From positions 1-64,000 of the forward strand of contig MU626315.1 of NCBI GenBank assembly GCA_025603075.1: a stretch of 64,000 bases of DNA, given 5' to 3'. The translations under genes were made by a program, and so were the position numbers. This stretch comes from Neoconidiobolus thromboides FSU 785. Its lineage: Eukaryota > Fungi > Entomophthoromycota. The notes below the pieces were generated by a model, which saw only the letters and a program-made list of their open reading frames with translations, did no database searches and had not been told where the DNA came from. This document shows, piece after piece, positions 10,910-20,540 of this stretch (positions within the stretch are counted from its first letter, which is position 1; every line of letters begins with the position of its first letter).

Positions 10910-11080
10910 TTATTGGTTAGAAAGTTTAATACCAATTATATTAAGTTGAAGCTCATCAAATGTATTCTCTATAATTCCAGGAGATTTGTTCCCTTCAACG
11001 CCTTGACGACGATATAATGGTACTGACAATGAAAAGATTGAACTTGTGATTGATAATAAAATTAAGGCTTGGAATTTCAT
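10910..11080 (-). CDS. Small secreted peptide precursor (56 aa) with RR site and one motif copy
   Basis: ATG at 11080: MKFQALILLSITSSIFSLSVPLYRR-QGVEGNKSPGIIENTFDELQLNIIGIKLSNQ; TATATAAA about 80 bp upstream. Confidence 0.75.
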   Translation of the reverse strand: MKFQALILLSITSSIFSLSVPLYRRQGVEGNKSPGIIENTFDELQLNIIGIKLSNQ

Positions 11081-11519
11081 ATTAAAAAAACAATACAAGA
11101 GTAAAAGTAAAGGAATCAAGAGGGAATTATTAGCTTAGAAGCCATAATAACTCGATTGTTTATATATCATTTGTTTATTTTACATTTTTCCGTTTCATTT
11201 TATTTTGTTATTATTTAGTCTCCGTGTTGATCTATTAAATAGAATTTATTAAAATTCATTTTGCTTACCAACTGATTGATTAGATCATATTTATTTTATA
11301 TTAACTAAATTAGTATATGATCAAACTTTTAACCAATTGTTGAACTATTACTAGATATAGAAGATACTTAGGCTTACAAAAACATGCAAAAATAATGTTT
11401 TAGAGAGGATTAAAGTAATAGAAGCGTCATACGAACTGAGGTTCTATAACCAATAGAATGATGGGATACACTTTAAGTTTTTTTATTTTTTATTTTTCTT
11501 TAATTTTTTAAATAATAAA

Positions 11520-12346
11520 ATGGTTTTAAATAAACAATGTGAGCTGTTAGGCCCATTTGCAATAATGGTTCAAGGAATTATGGGTATGTTAGCTATTTCT
11601 TCTTTGGTATTTAAAAGGTATACGGAACACCCACGTAGAGCTTTTTTAATTTGGTAAGTTTAACTACATCGCTTATTTTTAGTTATTTTTTTGGTTATTT
11701 TTTGCTTATATTTGATATCAGGTTTTTTGATGTAAGTAAACAAGGCTTTGGGGCATTAATGATTCATTTTTTCAATATATTTATATCTGGAGAAAGTGGG
11801 CGAGAGAATGAAAAATATTCTAATCCCTGTTTATGGTATTTATTAAATTTATTATTAGATACAACGTTAGGTGTATTTATTTTGTACATTATAATTGACA
11901 TAATGAATAAAGTGCTAAAAAACCACAAGTATTCCCAATTAGCCGACTCTGGAAATTATGGAACTCCAATCCAATTTAGTATTTATCTTAAGCAGCTAGG
12001 TTTATTCCTAATGAGTTTAATTATTATGAAAATATTAATCTACATAATAATATCTCTGTTTCCTTATATCCTTTATTTGGGACATTTAGTACTTTCGCCT
12101 TTAGAAAGATTAAATGATTCAAGATATCAGATTGTATTAGTTATGATGATTTTGCCCACCATTTTAAACATTTTACAATTTTGTCTAGTTGATTGTATTA
12201 TTATGGGCAACAATGAAAAAATAATAGACTCGAACCATTCCTCACCAGCTATTTTGCCTTTATTGATTAGTAACGAACTACCTTCACCAGATGAAGTTGA
12301 TTTCAAACTCGATTCTCCCATGCTAAATGACTCGTCCAAATCTTAA
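11520..12346 (+). CDS. STIMATE/TMEM110 family multi-pass membrane protein (yeast YPL162C-like)
   Basis: Exons 11520-11653 and 11722-12346; CELLGPFAIMVQG...KRYTEHPRRAFLIW|FFDVSKQ, NPCLWYLLNLLLDTTLG, SGNYGTP motifs. Confidence 0.85.
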
Positions 12347-12639
12347 TATTTATTTTATAATAATTAGACACCTTTCATCTTATTTTCTACTATCTACCAA
12401 CCTGTTAGTTTATTCTTATTACTATGATATTAAACCCTTGTATTATTGTTAAATTTTACCTTATGTATTTTATATTATTATTATTACATTACAAATTGAA
12501 AAGAATATAGCAAGCATTGACTTTAAGCCAATAAAAAATCAAAAATCAAAACTTTTTTAGTTTGACCAATCAAAAGAGAGAGCTACCAAGTTAAAACATG
12601 AGATAGTATTAAGTTTTAGTTTTAAATTATATACATACA

Positions 12640-13005
12640 ATGAATATTGAAGAGCTTACGTCAAATAATCAAGGAAAACAAGGGAGAGGTAATCAACCCA
12701 GTGAAGCCGAACTTCAAGCACAACAAGCAGCAAGAGAGGAGATATTAAGTACCATATTGGATTTCGAAGCAAGGGAAAGGTTGAATAGAGTTAAAATGGT
12801 AAAAAGTGAAAGGGCGTTAGAAATTGAAAATAAAATCATTTATCTAGCTAAAACTGGACAATTGAGAAATAAAGTTAGTGAGCCCATGTTGATCCAAATG
12901 TTAGATGGAGGAAGCCAAAATTCTAATAAAGAGAATAATCAAGGTAAAATTCGTTTTCAACGAAAGCGGTATGATGATGAGGAAGAAGAAGAATTTGATT
13001 TATAA
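12640..13005 (+). CDS. PDCD5: PDCD5 / dsDNA-binding domain protein
   Basis: ILSTILDFEARERLNRVKMVKSERALEIENKIIYLAKTGQLRNKVSEPMLIQML is the PDCD5 family pattern; acidic C-terminus. Confidence 0.9.
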   Translation: MNIEELTSNNQGKQGRGNQPSEAELQAQQAAREEILSTILDFEARERLNRVKMVKSERALEIENKIIYLAKTGQLRNKVSEPMLIQMLDGGSQNSNKENNQGKIRFQRKRYDDEEEEEFDL

Positions 13006-13815
13006 ATCTTTCATCTATGTCATTAAAATCTGTCTAACTTCCTTAAATTCAAACTTTAAGCTTGTTTTTGTTAGTTTAATTTTTATCTTAATCTATCCAT
13101 TCATAGCAAAATTAGCTTCATTTGCATCAAAAGTATTTATTTTTTGTTGTCCTATATAATATTGGACTAACTTAGTATAAACGATTTTAACGCTTTTTTA
13201 CTATTTACATTTCTAAACTGTTTATATCTAAACTCTTGATATGAGGTATGTTAGCAAATTGAAAGTAGAGATTTACTAGATTTTATTGAGGTGAATAGCA
13301 TCATAGATTCCAATTGGAATGAAATATACCCAAAATTATACAGGCTATAAAAATACATTTAACTCTACCATAATACATCTAAAAAATATTTTTGCGACAA
13401 GTATACGATTTTATCTGATAGCAGTCATATTTATTCTTACAGTATACTATAATTCAACTTCATATCACAATTTTATAGATGATGTTTTGATCAAGGATTC
13501 TCTAATATCTTAAAAATGTTGATAAGTTTTATTATGATAGATTCAAATATTTAACAACGACTACAGTTATTATTTATTCAGCTTTCTGTTTTTAATTCCT
13601 TACCTGTTTGTTTTCTTTATATAGCATAGAATAGTGCCAAAGTATTTTGTTTAATATATTTATTTACCAAGTACTCTTCAAATCTCTTATATATGCTTAT
13701 ATTATATAACTGTATATTATCAGTAAACTGCTATTGTTCTAAAGTACAGTAAAGTTTCTACAAAATTTAATAATGCTACTATTTTGTATAAATTTATTAA
13801 CTTTCAAAGAAATGT

Positions 13816-14820
13816 TTATTTAAGTGAATCAAAGAAGGAATCTAATTCAATATTTCCGCCTGATATGATTAATCCGATATTTTTGACATCAGCATACTTT
13901 TGTTTAAATTCTTCATTGAATAAAATTGCAGCCAGAGGTACAGCACCAGAAGGCTCAACAACTAACTTCATTCGTTCCCAAATTATTCTCATAGCTTTGA
14001 TAATTTCATCTTCAGTGACAGTAAATATATCGTCCAAATTTTCTTTGATTATTCCATAAGTCAAATCACTCATACTAGATCTTAATCCATCTGCAATGGT
14101 ATTTGGTTTTACAGAAGGAACATACTTACCACTCTTAATTGATTGATAACAATCATCAGCACCTTTTGGTTCACCAGCAAACCCTTTGATGCTACTACTA
14201 AATCCTTTTACTGCTAAAAGAGTGCCAGATAATAGCCCACCTCCGCTAACAGGGGCAATTACTGCATCTAAAGCTACTCCCATTTCTTTAGTCTGCTTAA
14301 GTAACTCTAAAGCAGCTGTTCCTTGGCCGATTACAATATCTTTGTGATCAAAAGGAGGAATTAAATAGCCACCAGTTTCTTTAACAACCTTTTCAGCAGT
14401 TTCAACTCGACTTTCAGCTGATGGTCCAGATTCTACAATCTTAGCGCCATACCCTAAAACAGCTTTTACTTTTATTTTAGAGCAATTATTTGGAAGCACA
14501 ATAGTACTATTGATTCCAAAAGATTTAGAGGCTAAAGCTACTGCTTGTGCGTGGTTTCCACTAGAATGAGCTACTATTCCTTTCTTACGGACTTCTTCAA
14601 TACCTACTGATTCTACTAATTGACCTATTGCATAAGTGGCGCCTCGAATCTTAAAGGCACCTATTTTTTGTAAATTCTCACATTTAAAATATAGGTTTTT
14701 GCCATCAGTCATAGAGTCTATACTACTACAAGTCAACACTGGAGTTGTGTGAATTTTTCCTTCAAGCTTTGAAGCTGCATGTTCAATATCATTCAAAGTC
14801 AATTTAATTGTGTTTGTCAT
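13816..14820 (-). CDS. SRY1: PLP-dependent serine racemase / hydroxyaspartate ammonia-lyase (fold type II)
   Basis: FKCENLQKIGAFKIRGA (PLP lysine), HSSGNHAQA, GQGT, PVSGGGLLSG, TIADGL, EPSGA. Confidence 0.85.
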   Translation of the reverse strand: MTNTIKLTLNDIEHAASKLEGKIHTTPVLTCSSIDSMTDGKNLYFKCENLQKIGAFKIRGATYAIGQLVESVGIEEVRKKGIVAHSSGNHAQAVALASKSFGINSTIVLPNNCSKIKVKAVLGYGAKIVESGPSAESRVETAEKVVKETGGYLIPPFDHKDIVIGQGTAALELLKQTKEMGVALDAVIAPVSGGGLLSGTLLAVKGFSSSIKGFAGEPKGADDCYQSIKSGKYVPSVKPNTIADGLRSSMSDLTYGIIKENLDDIFTVTEDEIIKAMRIIWERMKLVVEPSGAVPLAAILFNEEFKQKYADVKNIGLIISGGNIELDSFFDSLK

Positions 14821-15770
14821 TATTATTCAAAATATTTAAAAATAGTTTGATATAGTTCTATATTATCCTTTATATACTGCGTAAAGTACCATTTCATTGG
14901 ACAGCTGATAATTAATTAGAGTATTGTTTGTATGTTTATTTTATTTTTTGGGTCCTCGCGTTTATTTGCAGTTATATTAAGCTTATATTATTAATCCTAG
15001 TTAAATTTAAAGGATATAGCAAATATCTTTGAAAGTCTTTAAATTTATAGATAAAATTTAAAAGGTGTCAAAAAATCAGAATTAGCTCTACGAAACATAT
15101 TTCAATCACAGTTTTAATTTTCTAAATCTTTTAATCCTTCAAGAATTAAAGAAAGCTAATATACCTGTATTGAAAGCTTCAAGATAAAAGCTAGTTGTAG
15201 TATAATTATCAAAATCTCATTTTAACAGGCTCAAGGTAGTTCCGCTCATAGCGAACTCTGATAAGCGTAAAAAAACAAGTTATGCTTTAATAGTATTTGA
15301 AGTTCTAAACTCTAAAGAGATTCACCTTCAGACTAACTTTAGGATCAATGATATCTCATAAAGCAGAGGCTATCATAAGATGTAGATATGCTCCATCCTT
15401 TTAACAATTTCCTCATTTTGTATTCCTAAATTTAAAAAAACTCTTGGTCAATTCTTGAATAAAAAACATAACCATGTATTAACACTCCATGAATATACCA
15501 AGTACCACTTAATTGGTAATTTGTAAGAGCATATTATATAATTAGTTATTCAATGCTTTGTAATATTAACAATAAGACATAATATTTAAAAGTATGTTTA
15601 AAAGTGAGAAAAAGAGTTATAAATGATAAAAATTAAACTAAATAATTAAGGTTAATCAATATTTGATGACGAATTTATAAAAGTATAAAGGATTAAGAGT
15701 CTAATAAAATGAAAACGAAGTTATTTAGCATATTATGATTCCTCTAAATCTCGAAGGATCTTAATCAAAT

Positions 15771-16514
15771 TTAAACACGTTTCTTAAAAGCCCCTCTAGC
15801 TGCTCCAGCTACTTGTAAGTCTTGCAATGAATCATCGACTGCAGAAAAATCAAAGAAGTCTTCATCACGTCTTTCTAACGACCCTTCCTTCTTTATGAAC
15901 TCTCCTCTAGCTAATCCAGCTACTTGTAAGTCCTGTAATGAGTCATCGATTGCAGAAAACTCGAAGAAATCTCCAGAACGTCTTTCTAACGACCCTTCCT
16001 TTTTTATGAACTCTCCTCTAGCTAATCCAGCTACTTGTAAGTCTTGTAATGAGTCATCGATTGCAGAAAAATCAAAAAAGTCTTCAGCACGTTTAGCAAG
16101 TGATCCCTCTTTCTTTTTAAAATTTCCTCTAGCTGCGCCAGCTACTTGTAAGTCTTGCAATGAATCATCGACTGCAGAAAAATCAAAGAAGCTTTCACCA
16201 CGTTTTGCCAGAGATCCTTCTTTCTTTTTAAAGTTCCCTCTAGCTAATCCAGCTACTTGTAAGTCCTGTAATGAGTCATCGACTCCAGAAAAATCAAAAA
16301 AGTCTTCAGCACGTCTTTTTAATGGTATTTCGCTCTTTTGACGGAACTTACCATCACCTAGAGCAGTAACTTGTAGCCTATCCAATGAATTTCCTAGTAA
16401 AGCAAAGCCTTCTACAGGGGCTGGATTACGTCTAATTAAATTGGAGTCGATAGGTAATGAAGTGTAACCTAAAATTAAGCATGAAACGATGATGGAAACT
16501 ATGTTTGCTTTCAT
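15771..16514 (-). CDS. Kex2-processed repeat protein (KEP) precursor A, 247 aa: signal peptide, one divergent unit and five 37-aa repeats
   Basis: Repeat AEDFFDFS(G/A)(V/I)DDSLQDLQVAG(L/A)ARG(N/E/A)F(K/I)KKEGSL(A/E)(K/R)R; every unit is preceded by KR/RR; 111-bp nucleotide period. Confidence 0.92.
   Translation of the reverse strand: MKANIVSIIVSCLILGYTSLPIDSNLIRRNPAPVEGFALLGNSLDRLQVTALGDGKFRQKSEIPLKRRAEDFFDFSGVDDSLQDLQVAGLARGNFKKKEGSLAKRGESFFDFSAVDDSLQDLQVAGAARGNFKKKEGSLAKRAEDFFDFSAIDDSLQDLQVAGLARGEFIKKEGSLERRSGDFFEFSAIDDSLQDLQVAGLARGEFIKKEGSLERRDEDFFDFSAVDDSLQDLQVAGAARGAFKKRV
15774..16310 (-). repeat. Coding tandem repeat, 111-bp period, about 5 units
   Basis: ccagctacttgtaagtc..g.aatga.tcatcga recurs every 111 bp. 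Confidence 0.95.
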
Positions 16515-16882
16515 TATTATTAAATCAAAGATATTTATAAAATAGTATAGACAGCAATCAATTGAACTTTGCTTTTATACACTTTTGCTTTTAAAATTTA
16601 CATTGTTTTATTTTGCTATAAATTAATTCTCCTGTTACTTATTCTTACAATAAACTAAAAATTCAAAATTTCCGTTATAATAGTCTAATCTTCAGTTGAG
16701 CTTAAAATTTGTAGGAATTAAAAATTCATTCTATTTAGGAGTTTGATAGACTAAAGGAAATAAAAAATAGCTCGGAAATTACATTTGCACTTTTACAACT
16801 AAATATAAAAGGTCGACATAGATACTTGAAGTTAATTAAGTTATATTCTAATCATAAATACATTTTATATTAATCTTTAAGT
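16515..16882. promoter_or_regulatory. Bidirectional promoter of the divergent KEP pair
   Basis: 368-bp intergenic region with TATAAAAG on each strand (16579-16572 minus; 16804-16811 plus), about 60-80 bp upstream of each ATG. Confidence 0.7.
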
Positions 16883-17617
16883 ATGCAATTAACCCATATT
16901 ACTGTCTTGGTTTTATCTCTTTTAACTGGATACAGCTCCCTTGCAATCCCAAATCAAAATATCCAAAGACGTGCTGATGACTTTAAATTTTCACTAACAA
17001 AAGACTCCTTAAGTAGAATTGCTACTGGCCTTATAGCCAATAGCGAATTTGTGCCAAGAAAAATAGAAAAGCGCGATGAAAATGGTTTTGCATTTGCATT
17101 AGCTAGTAAATCATTACAAAGAGTAGGTGGTGGTATCGGAGGTATTCATGATTTTGATGGAACTAAAAAACAAAGACGTGCAGAAGATGGTTTTGGGGTT
17201 TCTTTAGCCAAGAACTCTGTGTCGAAAATAGGCGGTGGTATTGGAGGTATTCATGATTTTGATGGAACTAAAAAACAAAGACGTGCAGAAGATGGTTTTG
17301 GGGTTTCTTTAGCCAAGAACTCTGCGTCGAGAATAGGTGGTGGTATTGGAGGTATTCATGATTTTGATGGAACTAAAAAACAAAGACGTGCAGAAGATGG
17401 TTTTGGAGTTTCTATAGCCAAGAACTCTGCGTCGAAAATAGGTGGTGGTATTGGAGGTATTCATGATTTTGATGGAACTGACGAAAGAAGCAGCGGAACA
17501 GGTTCCGGAATTTTAGCTAAAAATCCACTAAGCTCTGGATTTTCTGGATCTCCCGCATCACCTGTAGGACTTGCAACACCTGCAACACCTGCAGCGCCCA
17601 TTAATCCAGCAGTTTAA
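16883..17617 (+). CDS. Kex2-processed repeat protein (KEP) precursor B, 244 aa: signal peptide, one divergent unit, four 35-aa repeats and a Pro/Ala tail
   Basis: Repeat AEDGFGVS(L/I)AKNS(V/A)S(K/R)IGGGIGGIHDFDGTKKQRR; units delimited by RR/KR; 105-bp period. Confidence 0.92.
   Translation: MQLTHITVLVLSLLTGYSSLAIPNQNIQRRADDFKFSLTKDSLSRIATGLIANSEFVPRKIEKRDENGFAFALASKSLQRVGGGIGGIHDFDGTKKQRRAEDGFGVSLAKNSVSKIGGGIGGIHDFDGTKKQRRAEDGFGVSLAKNSASRIGGGIGGIHDFDGTKKQRRAEDGFGVSIAKNSASKIGGGIGGIHDFDGTDERSSGTGSGILAKNPLSSGFSGSPASPVGLATPATPAAPINPAV
17075..17479 (+). repeat. Coding tandem repeat, 105-bp period, about 4 units
   Basis: ggtggtat.ggaggtattcatgattttgatggaact recurs every 105 bp. Confidence 0.95.
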
Positions 17618-18143
17618 GTAAGCACTTACATTATAAATATCCACAGTCCTAAAGGCTTTACACAAGTATGAGATATTATCATTTGTAAGCCTATTTCTAT
17701 TTTTTCATTTTAGATTCATAAATAAATAAGGTTTAATTTAAACTTTCAGAGTGATTTAAAGTAGTATAGATTTTTGTAGTATTTTTTCAAATATATAATT
17801 TTTAAATATGCTATAAATTGAAGATTACTTAAGTTATAATAGACGATACCTTTCTGTACAAATTCTTTATACTGAACTGTTTTTACCCTTGGTACCAATA
17901 ATCTATAATGAAATTCCTAGATGAAAGTGCCTTTAGCCATATTAACGAACTTATACTTAATCAACGGTCACTAATTGATATTGTTGAGAACATTGTAAAA
18001 GTGCTAATCTATTTTATGATTGATCTGAGGTGTTAGATAAGTATTGAACTTTTGAAGGATCTAAACTTTATCAAAGAGAATATAAGAATTTTTTAAAATG
18101 TTATTAAATATAAATAAAAAGCAATGATATTGATAATAAGAGT

Positions 18144-18246
18144 ATATGGTGATGTTTTTTTGGTTTCACTACTTTTTCCATTTTTAAGCCCTATTTGAGA
18201 GGAAAATTTGTTAGTAAAATTCTTAGGCAAAAGAATACATCTATAT
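18144..18246 (+). mobile_element. MITE-like element, copy 5
   Basis: atatggtgatg...ttaagccctatttgagaggaaaatttgttagtaaaattctta...catctatat. Confidence 0.8.
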
Positions 18247-18665
18247 TATTTATAATATATGCCTTTTAAAATCAATTAGCAAAATAAAGTATGAGAAAGC
18301 CAATTGAATAAAATACCAATAGTTGAGTTTATTATAAATTTAAAAATATAATATCTTTAAATTTTCTATACGATAAACTAATAGAGGCAAAAAAAATAGA
18401 ATTAGAAACTGTATAAAGATGTAATAATATTAATTTTTTAATTACTAGTTTTAGTAAAAAGAAATACATAGGCGGTTAATAATAGTGTTGTACTGTTATG
18501 AAATACCTTCAAATTTTAATTTACTAGTTTATATTTGTCTTTCAAAATAAAAGTAGCTTATATTAGTTTAATTTATAATAATTTCTCACAGATAATTTTA
18601 TTATCCTTTGAACATGCAGTTCATATTTCTTGTTCTCGATTCATTCTCTATTATTTACTAACTTA

Positions 18666-18772
18666 ATATGGAGATGTGTTTTTGTATTTGAGAATTTTAC
18701 TAACAATTTTTCCACTCAAATAGTGCTTAAAAGATAGAAAAAATAATGAAGCCAAAAAAAACATCCCCATAT
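18666..18772 (-). mobile_element. MITE-like element, copy 6
   Basis: atatggagatg...catccccatat, reverse orientation. Confidence 0.85.
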
Positions 18773-19631
18773 ATTAAATACTTAAATCAAAAAACTTGGA
18801 TATTCGATTAAAATTAACAAATAGAACTGTAGTTTTCACTAAAATTAAAGAATAATTGGACTAATTAATTTTCAAAAATTAATGCAATAAAAATTAAAGT
18901 GATGTTTCCCTAATAGTATTTATTTAAGACAATTATAGTAATAAAAATAAAATCAAAATGAAAAAATACTGGATATATAATTATCGATTTTATTCCATAA
19001 AAATTGGAATTCTCCATTTTAATTTTTAAAATATTTGATCTTTTTAATCCTTGCATTCATAAACATGTTATGTTATTTCTAATACAAATTTTGACGTTAT
19101 CAAATTTAACTGCTTACCTAAGGCTCATTTTTTACATTTTGTTTTAGTTTAATTTGACTTTCTATTAATTTAATTTAAAACTATCAGTATAGTAAATAAC
19201 ATAAAACTTACAGTTTTGAATAAGAAAGAATCAAATATAATAAAAAGATTATAGAAAGTTAAGGGATGTAAGTTCAATAGAAACTGATATCATAAAATGT
19301 GGTTAATAGAATTTAATTTAAATGGCTAAATGTCGGAGTTAACTTCTAAAAATATACATTTCAAGTATGATATAATTACGTTAAAATTTAATTCAATAAA
19401 ATTTAGAAAATTCAATGAACTAAGATTGATTTATGATTATATAAAAATATTTAGTAAATTAACATAAATAACAGTGAAATAAAAAGATATGGAACATTAA
19501 CTTTATATACAAATAAAACAGAACGATTATAATTAAACTTCTTTATATATTATTTGTAATAGTTATATTAGATTTTGCAACTTAGTTTTAAAACTCTTTT
19601 TTTTACAACGAGTTCGAGTTTAAATTATGAA

Positions 19632-20540
19632 TTATTTATATGTTGGTTTATACCATCTCCAGAAACCTTGACGATTTTGACTTCTCATCCATTTAAATCT
19701 TCTACCTGCCAATAGAGGGAATTGAACAATAGGACGTGGACATATACAAATGGGCGAAGTTGTTGGATTATTACAATTACAGCATATAAGGTCGCCCCCA
19801 TTTTTTTCACTTAATGATGAATTTAATTGCACCGTATCTAAATTTCCTGCTATATTATCAATTCCACCTTCATCTGGATTATTAAGTGAATCCGGTGCTT
19901 CAGGATCCATTAATTTTAATGGCAGTATTGAAGTAAATTTCATTCTATGAGATTTAAGATCAAATAAATTTGCCAAGTCAGATTCTAATAAATAGAATTA
20001 ATTTTTAAACAAAAAACTTATAATAGTAATACCAGATGATTGAACTAAAGAGTTTGATATTCCATCTTTAGGAGAAGAAGTTTGATGCGAATTAGACGAA
20101 TTCGAAGCTTTTAAAAGTTTACGAAGTCGACTATTTTCTTCTTCTATTTCATTTAGTCTTTCTTTTAAACACCCTATTTCTTTTTTACATACCTTTAAAG
20201 TGGCTTCAGTTGCTACAAGTATCTTTGCTTTAGTTTCTAAATCTTTAATGTGTTGATCTTTTCTTTGACGAAACGCTTTTTGCGCAGCTCGGTTTTGGGC
20301 TGCCCTTTTATTAACCATTTGTTTCTTTTTTTGATAACTTAGAGCTTCACTAGGCGCCATATGTGATAAATTACTATCATAAATCTGTTCATAATGTGGT
20401 TCCATACTTGGGTTTAACACGGTACTATTATATACCGATTGTGTGCCATTCCTTCTTTCATATTCCTCTAGAAATTTTCAATAAGATTTAGTTATAAATA
20501 TTAATATTAAGCTATTACCATGATTATTATAGTGATTCAT
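19632..20540 (-). CDS. Yap/AP-1-type bZIP transcription factor with C-terminal Cys cluster (about 269 aa, 3 exons)
   Basis: Exons 20540-20519, 20467-20033, 19984-19632 (810 nt, in frame); basic region KRAAQNRAAQKAFRQRK; C-terminal CCNCNNPTTSPICIC. Start codon less certain. Confidence 0.8.

Noticed and set aside
15895-16341. Antisense 148-aa ORF with Cys-containing repeats
   Set aside because: Shadow of the 111-bp coding repeat on the opposite strand; no signal peptide or promoter
13816-17617. Serine racemase-like gene as a tailoring enzyme for the KEP peptides (RiPP cluster)
   Set aside because: Fold-type II PLP racemases act on free amino acids. No DUF3328/UstYa oxidase, prolyl oligopeptidase, methyltransferase or other RiPP enzyme is in the window, so adjacency is probably coincidental.
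15771-17617. Mating pheromone precursor or CRISPR-like array
   Set aside because: Units are long (35-37 aa), lack repeated EA/DA spacers and CaaX, and no receptor gene is nearby. The nucleotide repeats are contiguous coding repeats with no unique spacers.
17908-18096. 42-codon ORF MKFLDESAF... continuing past one stop
   Set aside because: No signal peptide, homology or promoter evidence; expected by chance
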